Below are positions 16,898 through 24,000 of a DNA stretch of 24,000 bases, piece after piece. A program made the translations under genes and the position numbers. Under the pieces are notes generated by a model. The model did not search any database, was not told where the DNA came from, and was given only the letters and a program-made list of their open reading frames with translations. Numbering within the stretch: the stretch's first letter is position 1; each line of letters opens with the position of its first letter. The DNA is from Hominilimicola fabiformis (GTDB lineage Bacteria; Bacillota; Clostridia; UBA1381). The stretch is from contig NZ_JAJEQM010000001.1 in the NCBI RefSeq assembly GCF_020687385.1, forward strand, positions 259,110 through 283,109, in the 5' to 3' direction.

Positions 16898-17046
16898 GTG
16901 TACGGTTTTTCGGACATTGTAGTTGTTATAATGTAATCATAATAAAGCTAAATTGTCGCTAAATTGTCAAAGTGAAGTTTGGGTTTTGAGGGTAAAAAAA
17001 CGAGAAATTTCCTAAAATCACCTTGACAAAAACGGAGGTAAATATT

Positions 17047-17130
17047 ATGGTTATAGTGGGAACAATACTTATAAGTGTAGGAGCGTCAATACTTTTTGTA
17101 TTAAAGGTTAATTCGGTAAAGGATATATAA
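17047..17130 (+). CDS. possible 27-aa hydrophobic micropeptide (MVIVGTILISVGASILFVLKVNSVKDI)
   Basis: GGAGG (17034-17038) lies 8 nt upstream of the ATG. It has a single predicted transmembrane helix and sits 40 nt upstream of the ThrE-like gene. It is not in the ORF track and there is no homology evidence. Confidence 0.35.
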   Translation: MVIVGTILISVGASILFVLKVNSVKDI

Positions 17131-17170
17131 GTTTTGGCGTTGTCTGCATATTGTGTGAGGAGATGAGAAT

Positions 17171-17929
17171 ATGCAGATAAATGAACTTGTGACATTTGCG
17201 GCGGATGTCGGCAGAGGTCTGCTTGAAAGCGGTGCGGAAACGAGTCGTGTCGAAGATACGGTTGAGAGGATAATACGGCACTTTTATGACGGTAAAAGTG
17301 AGGTTTTGGTCGTAATGACAGGACTGTTTGTCACTGTCGGCGATGTTACAAAAACGGTCAGAGTTCGCAGACGGACTATAAACCTTGATAAAGTATCGAA
17401 AATTAATATGATGTCACGAGATATTGCTGATGATAAAATCGACTTTGAAGAAGCTTTAAAACGCTTTGAATATGTAATGGCACAGAAACCTTATCCGTTA
17501 TGGGTTAAAACTGTTGCGGTAGCGTTTTGCTGCGGATTTTTTACGTTGTTGTTTGGCGGTAATGCGTTTGACGGACTTAATTCGTTTGTGGTCGGTGCGG
17601 TTATCAATGTTTTTATATGGTTTTTGAGAAAACATCACACGGCGGAGTTTATTATAACATTTTCGGGCGGAGTTGTTATTGCGTTGCTGATATTACTCTT
17701 TTATGCAATAGGTTTGGGAAAAAATATTAATCCTATGATAACGGGAGCTATTATGCCGCTTGTACCCGGTTTGGCAATAACTAATGCAATTCGTGATATT
17801 ATTGCCGGAGATTACCTTTCGGGCGGTGCGAGATTGTTTGATGCGATAGTCGTGGCGATTGCACTTGCCACAGGTGCGGGCAGTGTTATGTACATTTTCG
17901 GTCATATGACGGGAGGTGTTATGGGATGA
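17171..17929 (+). CDS. threonine/serine exporter family protein (ThrE / DUF1212 part)
   Basis: 252-aa ORF. The N-terminal cytoplasmic region (GRGLLESGAETSRVEDTVERI) followed by five hydrophobic helices is typical of DUF1212. GAGGAG SD upstream. Confidence 0.85.
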   Translation: MQINELVTFAADVGRGLLESGAETSRVEDTVERIIRHFYDGKSEVLVVMTGLFVTVGDVTKTVRVRRRTINLDKVSKINMMSRDIADDKIDFEEALKRFEYVMAQKPYPLWVKTVAVAFCCGFFTLLFGGNAFDGLNSFVVGAVINVFIWFLRKHHTAEFIITFSGGVVIALLILLFYAIGLGKNINPMITGAIMPLVPGLAITNAIRDIIAGDYLSGGARLFDAIVVAIALATGAGSVMYIFGHMTGGVMG

Positions 17930-18354
17930 TTTTTCTTGAAATGTTTGTCGCTTTTGCGGCGACAATGGCTTTTGCAGTGATATTTAACGTGAGCCGAAGT
18001 GAATTGATATTTTGCGGAATCGCAGGTTTAGTCGCAGAGGGGGTGTATTTGTTTACACTTAGAATAAGCGACGAAACGGCACTTGCTATATTTGTTGCGT
18101 CGATTGCCGTGACGGTATTTTCACGAATTTTGGCGAACGTAAGACGTATGCCCGTTACGGTTTATTTGATTTCGGGAATAATATCGCTTGTACCCGGTGC
18201 GGGTATGTATAACACTGTTTATAACATAATATCGTCGGACTATATGAAAGCAATGTACACAGGCGTTGATACAATAAAAGTTGCCGTAGCGATTGCGGTG
18301 GGGATTGTACTTGTGTTTGCATTGCCGAATAAAATGTTTTTCAAGAGAAAATAA
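17926..18354 (+). CDS. threonine/serine exporter family protein (ThrE_2 / DUF3815 part)
   Basis: 142-aa four-helix membrane ORF with a 4-nt ATGA overlap on the preceding gene. This is the usual two-gene arrangement of split ThrE-family exporters. Confidence 0.82.
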   Translation: MIFLEMFVAFAATMAFAVIFNVSRSELIFCGIAGLVAEGVYLFTLRISDETALAIFVASIAVTVFSRILANVRRMPVTVYLISGIISLVPGAGMYNTVYNIISSDYMKAMYTGVDTIKVAVAIAVGIVLVFALPNKMFFKRK

Positions 18355-18364
18355 TGCCAATTTA

Positions 18365-18442
18365 GATTTTTTCTCTGAAAATACTCAAAAAATACATTGC
18401 AAGATGTGATTTTATGAGCTATCGACAAAATATCGACAGCTC
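18365..18442 (+). repeat. Copy B of the ~65-bp dispersed intergenic repeat
   Basis: 18365-18427 matches the reverse complement of 14062-14124 at 57 of 63 positions. It ends in an expanded imperfect hairpin gagctatcgaca-aaa-tatcgacagctc. Confidence 0.8.
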
Positions 18443-18454
18443 ATATACTTTGGC

Positions 18455-18483
18455 TTGACAGAAACGATGTTGTATAGTACAAT
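18455..18483 (+). promoter_or_regulatory. sigma-A-type promoter for the polysaccharide deacetylase gene
   Basis: TTGACA (18455-18460), 17-nt spacer, TACAAT (18478-18483). Confidence 0.6.
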
Positions 18484-18552
18484 AGGCAAGATAGAAGTAA
18501 AAATTATACACCGCATTTTTACGGTGCAGGAGGAAAGGATTTTACGATAGTA

Positions 18553-19332
18553 ATGAAAAAGATAATTGCCGTTATGGCGGTGCTTATAACGCTTTTTTCA
18601 ATGGGTAATGTGTCGGCAAGTGCGGCGGCAAAGGTTGCGGCACTGATGTATCACAGTGTGACAACTGATTCGTCACGTTGGAATGATTATACAATATCAC
18701 CCGAGCAGCTTGATGCGGATATACAATACTTTAAAAGCTGCGGATATATACCGATGACCGCGACAGAACTCGCAACGGCGAATATGGCTGATATTGACAA
18801 CAGAAAAATATTGCTTTTGACATTTGATGACGGATACTCAAACTTCTATACGGAGGTATTTCCGATATTAAAGAAAAATGACGCAAAGGCTACAATGTTT
18901 TTGATTGGCTCATACATAGACCGTTACGGTTATTTGACGTCTGATGAAACATATGAAATGGCGAACAGCGGACTTGTCGAAATAGGCAATCACACAAACG
19001 GTATTCACAGTATGCCTAAGGAACAGTTAAAGGCGATTTACAACAATACAAACGCTTACGGCGATATACTCGATGATATTCAGAGTAACGGAGAAATTTT
19101 GAAAGAAGTTACCGGAAAAGATGTGACAAGTATTTCGTGGCCGTACGGATATTATACGACAACACTCGATAATGCGGTTAAAAGTCAGCTTGGTTATAAG
19201 ATTTCATTCAGTACGGTGTACGGTGTGAATTTCTTTACCGGCAATACATACAGTCCGTTAAAACGTATGAACAGAGAATACTCTGCCGGAACTCAACAGG
19301 TGTTTGACAGGGCAAACGGTAAATTTTATTAA
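18553..19332 (+). CDS. secreted polysaccharide deacetylase family protein (NodB homology domain)
   Basis: Signal peptide MKKIIAVMAVLITLFSMGNVSASA. NodB motifs MYHSV, LTFDDGY, and GNHT/WPYG. Confidence 0.88.
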   Translation: MKKIIAVMAVLITLFSMGNVSASAAAKVAALMYHSVTTDSSRWNDYTISPEQLDADIQYFKSCGYIPMTATELATANMADIDNRKILLLTFDDGYSNFYTEVFPILKKNDAKATMFLIGSYIDRYGYLTSDETYEMANSGLVEIGNHTNGIHSMPKEQLKAIYNNTNAYGDILDDIQSNGEILKEVTGKDVTSISWPYGYYTTTLDNAVKSQLGYKISFSTVYGVNFFTGNTYSPLKRMNREYSAGTQQVFDRANGKFY

Positions 19333-19336
19333 TCAT

Positions 19337-19367
19337 CAGCGGTACGGTGAAAAGTACCGCTGTTTTT
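19337..19367 (+). terminator. Rho-independent terminator after the deacetylase gene
   Basis: Stem cagcggtac/gtaccgctg followed by T5. Confidence 0.8.
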
Positions 19368-19388
19368 ATAAATGAGGGGTAGTATGAT

Positions 19389-21191
19389 ATGAATAGAATA
19401 GAGATTAAAGATTTTTCGATAAAAATAGATAAAGATAAAGTATTAAAAACTTTGGGGTGTTTTGAGGGGAGCAGTGTGTATGGAACTGTTTCTTCTTATT
19501 TTGACGAGCTTGAAGAAACGGTGATGGATTTACTGTCCCCGCGTGCAGTTGCCGTAACGGAGGGTATGAAAGCATATTGCATACTTACGGTCGGTGAAAA
19601 AATTAGCGGAATATCAAAAAGCTTTTTTGACAACGGTGAGGGTATGAAAGGTATACTTGTTGACGCAATGGCGGACGAGTATCTTTTTATGGTGGATGAT
19701 GTGCTTGCCGAAAATATAAAGCTTTTGTGTGCAAAAAAGTCTTGGGGTGTTAAAAAACGTCTTGATGCACCGAAAGATTTTCCGCTTTCTCAACAATCCG
19801 TTATTGTCGTGAAAACAGGCGTTGACGGAATAAAAATGACAAGCGGTTTTATGTTTGAACCCGTAAAAACTTTTGGCTACATACTTGAATTTACGACTGA
19901 TGAAAAGGTATTTAACGCACAGCACGACTGTTCAAAGTGTTCTAATTTTGACTGCCCGAGAAGAAGTAATATAAAAAACGGCAGATTTGAAGTGCTGTCG
20001 AGTTATGAGTATAAACCGAATTTTAAAGATGGTGACAGTGCAGTCTGTATTGATATAGGTACAACTACTGTTGCTTTTGAACTTGTGACGGATAAGGGGA
20101 CACTAAAAACATACAGAACAATTAATCCTCAAAGACGTTTCGGACTGGATGTTCTTTCAAGAATCGAGTCGGCAAACAGAGGAAGGTTGGACGAGCTTTC
20201 GGCTGTTATGCGTTATACGATTATAAGCGGATATAAAAAAGTGACCGAAGAATTTGGGGACACTAAAAAAGTTGTTATCGCGGGCAATACAACAATGGTA
20301 CATCTGCTTATGGGATATTCTTGCGGTACACTCGGTGAATATCCTTTTAAATCAAAACACTTGGGGACACTAAAAACTACGCTTGATAAAGTTACAAAAA
20401 GTAAGGTTTCGCCGATTGAAACAGTTGTATACGGCGGTATATCTGCGTTTGTAGGTGGCGATATAGTGAGCGGACTTTATATGAGTGATTTTGATAAATC
20501 GGATAAGGTTAATATGTTTATTGACCTGGGTACAAACGGTGAAATGGCGTTGGGCAATAAGGATAAAATGATTGTTACGTCTACTGCCGCAGGACCTGCT
20601 TTTGAGGGCGGAAGAATTTCGTGCGGAATAGGTTCGGTTGACGGTGCGGTATGCGGTGTTGATTTAAAAATGGGGACACTAAAAACTATCGCGGATAAAC
20701 CGCCTGTCGGTCTTTGCGGAACGGGTATAATTGAGTTGGTTTCGGAATTGCTTGACGAAAAAATAATTGATAAAACGGGTCTTTTGAATGACGACTATTT
20801 TATAAACGGTTATAAGGTCGCGGAGGACGTTGTGTTTACGCAAAATGATATTCGTCAGGTGCAAATGGCAAAATCGGCGGTGAGAGCCGGTATTGATGTG
20901 CTTGCGAAGTCGTGGGGAACAGAGCTTTCACAAATTGATACGGTGTATCTTGCCGGCGGTTTCGGTTACGGTCTTTCGATTGAAAAGGCTTGCAATATCG
21001 GAATATTGCCGCGTGAGTTTTTGGGTAAGACGAAAGTTATCGGTAACAGCTCGCTCGGCGGTTGCGTCAAATATGCCGAAAGGCAGGACGGCGATGAAAG
21101 AATCGGTCGTATAAAGGAAATCAGTTCCGAAATTTCACTCGGAAACAGTGAAGATTTTGAAAAATTGTATATCGAATATATGAATTTTTGA
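19389..21191 (+). CDS. ASKHA-domain protein (DUF4445, corrinoid reductive-activase-like) with an N-terminal MetH-activation-like domain
   Basis: 600-aa ORF. The N-terminal ~180 aa resemble the B12-dependent methionine synthase activation domain. A Cys motif CSKCSNFDC follows. The ASKHA/actin-fold motifs are DIGTTTV, AGNTTMVHLL, DLGTNGE and AAGPAFEGG. Confidence 0.8.
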   Translation: MNRIEIKDFSIKIDKDKVLKTLGCFEGSSVYGTVSSYFDELEETVMDLLSPRAVAVTEGMKAYCILTVGEKISGISKSFFDNGEGMKGILVDAMADEYLFMVDDVLAENIKLLCAKKSWGVKKRLDAPKDFPLSQQSVIVVKTGVDGIKMTSGFMFEPVKTFGYILEFTTDEKVFNAQHDCSKCSNFDCPRRSNIKNGRFEVLSSYEYKPNFKDGDSAVCIDIGTTTVAFELVTDKGTLKTYRTINPQRRFGLDVLSRIESANRGRLDELSAVMRYTIISGYKKVTEEFGDTKKVVIAGNTTMVHLLMGYSCGTLGEYPFKSKHLGTLKTTLDKVTKSKVSPIETVVYGGISAFVGGDIVSGLYMSDFDKSDKVNMFIDLGTNGEMALGNKDKMIVTSTAAGPAFEGGRISCGIGSVDGAVCGVDLKMGTLKTIADKPPVGLCGTGIIELVSELLDEKIIDKTGLLNDDYFINGYKVAEDVVFTQNDIRQVQMAKSAVRAGIDVLAKSWGTELSQIDTVYLAGGFGYGLSIEKACNIGILPREFLGKTKVIGNSSLGGCVKYAERQDGDERIGRIKEISSEISLGNSEDFEKLYIEYMNF

Positions 21192-21284
21192 AAGAAATAA
21201 AAAGTTACGCAAAACTAACAACGGCATAGTTAAGCCATATTCGAAAAACATCAATATTTTTTTGAAAAAAATTCAAATTTTTTG

Positions 21285-21313
21285 TTGCATAATCATAAAA
21301 ATAATGCTAAAAT
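21285..21313 (+). promoter_or_regulatory. sigma-A-type promoter for gdhA
   Basis: TTGCAT (21285-21290), 17-nt spacer including TGC, TAAAAT (21308-21313). Confidence 0.55.
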
Positions 21314-21347
21314 ATATGTTAGATTGGCACAACAGAGTGAACCATAG

Positions 21348-22748
<1,401 letters not shown>

Positions 22749-22767
22749 TTATAATATTTTGAATTTT

Positions 22768-22799
22768 AAAAGGTGTTTCCAATCGGAAACACCTTTTTT
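22768..22799 (+). terminator. Rho-independent terminator after gdhA
   Basis: 11-bp stem aaggtgtttcc/ggaaacacctt, loop aatc, followed by T6. Confidence 0.88.
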
Positions 22800-22830
22800 G
22801 TATTGGTTGATGTATTTTATTGTATTATGC

Positions 22831-23048
22831 CACCCCTCAGTCAACTGCATTGATAGCTCCTCTCAAGGGGAGCCTTTATGAAGTTCATCGGCAATTTTAT
22901 TCGTAGGATACGGTACCTCGACGTTCCGTATCCCTTACCACCACTCCACCGCAAGCGGTCCCCCTATCCTCAAGGAGAGGCTTTTGAATAACAGCCAATC
23001 CAAAGGCTCCCATAGAGGGGAGCTGTCGGCTATGCCGACTGAGGGGGG
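22831..23048. repeat. GC-rich MITE-like element with nested imperfect inverted repeats
   Basis: Termini are CCCCTCAGTC (22833-22842) and GACTGAGGGG (23037-23046). Inner arms 22852-22876 and 23003-27 are complementary at 21 of 25 positions. A central perfect 8-bp hairpin ggatacgg/ccgtatcc spans 22906-22933. It has no coding capacity and is much more GC-rich than its surroundings. Confidence 0.6.
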
Positions 23049-23072
23049 TTCTTGTTTATTCTCTATTTTAAA

Positions 23073-23264
23073 ATGTGCGGCCAATGATCGCCCCTACATC
23101 GTTAATAGGCGACCAATGATCGCCCCTACGTCGTTAATGTGCGACCGATGATCGCCCCTACATCGTTAATGTGCGACCGATGATCGCCTCTACGTTGTTA
23201 ATGTGCGACCGATGATCATCCCTGCGTCGTTAATGGGGGACCGATGATCGCCTCTACATCGTTC
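23073..23264. repeat. Tandem repeat, 6 x 32 bp (consensus atgtgcgaccgatgatcgcccctacatcgtta)
   Basis: Six head-to-tail units at 23073, 23105, 23137, 23169, 23201 and 23233, with 0-4 mismatches each to the consensus. There are no spacers between units. It ends 15 nt from the DUF421 stop codon. Confidence 0.9.
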
Positions 23265-23278
23265 GTAACAACTCATCA

Positions 23279-23986
23279 TTACTGAAACGGGTCATTCTTT
23301 GGTGAATCGTCTGTTTTTTTATAAACCGACAATGTATTATTACCGTCGCAAAGTGCGATGAACACATCTTTCACATTGCCGATTTTTTGCTTTTGCAATT
23401 CATTTTCAAGCCACTTTTTATTATTGCCGCTGAGTTTTAAATTTTCCTCCATAATATGTCCGTCAAGAACAACTGTAAAGGACAGCTTTTCTTGTTTTGC
23501 TGCGATGTTCATATCCTGCACATTAGCAGGGCGTGCCTGTACTTTGGGCAAAAACGATATTTTACCGTTTTGTTCAAGTATTGCGGTATCGACATCATCT
23601 AATGTGAAAAAACCGTTTATTCTGCATTGTACAAGGAAATCGTTTATATCTATTTTTGAAGTCTTAAAATTTTTCTGATATATTTTACCGCTTTGCATTA
23701 AAACTATTGACCGTCCCGTAAAGAAACGTCTTAGTTTAATATTTTTTTCGGTAAGATATGATATAAACCACATAATGACGGTATAAATTACTATCGCAGT
23801 AAGGGGATAGTAAAACTTGCCGTCAAGCGAAGTCGCCATTTCGGCGGCGATAGAGCCGATAGTTATACCGTTTATATAGTCGAACATACTCAATTCCGAC
23901 ATTTGCTTGTTGCCGATTATTTTTGTTGAGAAAAACAATGCGATGATTGAGCCGACTGATGTAAGTATAATTTTTATAAATTCCAT
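23279..23986 (-). CDS. DUF421 domain-containing membrane protein (YetF-like)
   Basis: 235-aa ORF. The N-terminal membrane helices (GNKQMSELSMFDYINGITIGSIAAEMA) and C-terminal soluble domain are typical of DUF421/YetF-family proteins. GGAG SD upstream. Confidence 0.85.
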   Translation of the reverse strand: MEFIKIILTSVGSIIALFFSTKIIGNKQMSELSMFDYINGITIGSIAAEMATSLDGKFYYPLTAIVIYTVIMWFISYLTEKNIKLRRFFTGRSIVLMQSGKIYQKNFKTSKIDINDFLVQCRINGFFTLDDVDTAILEQNGKISFLPKVQARPANVQDMNIAAKQEKLSFTVVLDGHIMEENLKLSGNNKKWLENELQKQKIGNVKDVFIALCDGNNTLSVYKKTDDSPKNDPFQ

Positions 23987-24000
23987 AATAATCTCCGTTC

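Noticed and set aside
14057-18442. The inverted repeats could be the ends of a composite transposon or integrative element.
   Set aside because: There is no transposase, integrase or recombinase between or beside the repeats, no recognisable target-site duplication, and the cargo is core metabolism. It is kept only as a repeat observation.
20256-20272. The A6 run in GGGGACACTAAAAAAG could be a programmed -1 frameshift site (A_AAA_AAG-like).
   Set aside because: The heptamer is not in the X_XXY_YYZ register of the zero frame (codons are ACT AAA AAA GTT). There is no downstream structure, and the ASKHA motifs continue in the zero frame.
23073-23264. The tandem 32-bp repeats could be a CRISPR array.
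   Set aside because: The units are directly adjacent with no unique spacers between them, no cas genes are in the window, and the unit shows progressive point degeneration typical of a minisatellite.

Overview
Low-GC, Firmicutes/Clostridia-like chromosomal segment, judged by eye from codon usage, AGGAGG-type ribosome-binding sites (SD) and sigma-A-like promoters. Most of it is housekeeping. From left to right: ppdK, a LOG-family protein, a nitroreductase, a PHP phosphoesterase, a RodA/FtsW-family protein, and a DUF3343 protein overlapping a class-V aminotransferase (cysteine desulfurase-like). Next comes a Gly-Arg-His-Gln-Lys tRNA operon converging on a minus-strand tRNA-Trp, then a short deformylase paralogue. 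An AT-rich Agr-type quorum-sensing locus follows: LytTR regulator, AgrC-like kinase, a 51-aa AgrD absent from the ORF track, and AgrB. After that is a sulfur amino acid block (GNAT, cysE, metY, cysK, two-piece ThrE-type exporter), a secreted polysaccharide deacetylase, a MetH-activation-like/ASKHA fusion protein, gdhA and a DUF421 protein. No transposase, integrase, CRISPR array or recognisable defence genes are present. Six observations deserve a second look. (1) A 20-codon ORF with five consecutive Cys codons lies between a consensus promoter and metY-cysK, suggesting a cysteine-sensing leader peptide. (2) The AgrD precursor has Ser where the ring-forming Cys normally sits, predicting a lactone autoinducer. 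(3) A ~65-bp repeat occurs in inverted orientation on both sides of the metY-cysK-thrE module. (4) A GC-rich MITE-like element sits in the gdhA/DUF421 convergent gap. (5) A 6 x 32-bp tandem repeat follows it in the same gap. (6) A 14-nt motif, GGGGACACTAAAAA, occurs four times inside one gene in two different reading frames. All functional calls come from motif and family recognition by eye; no database search was run.
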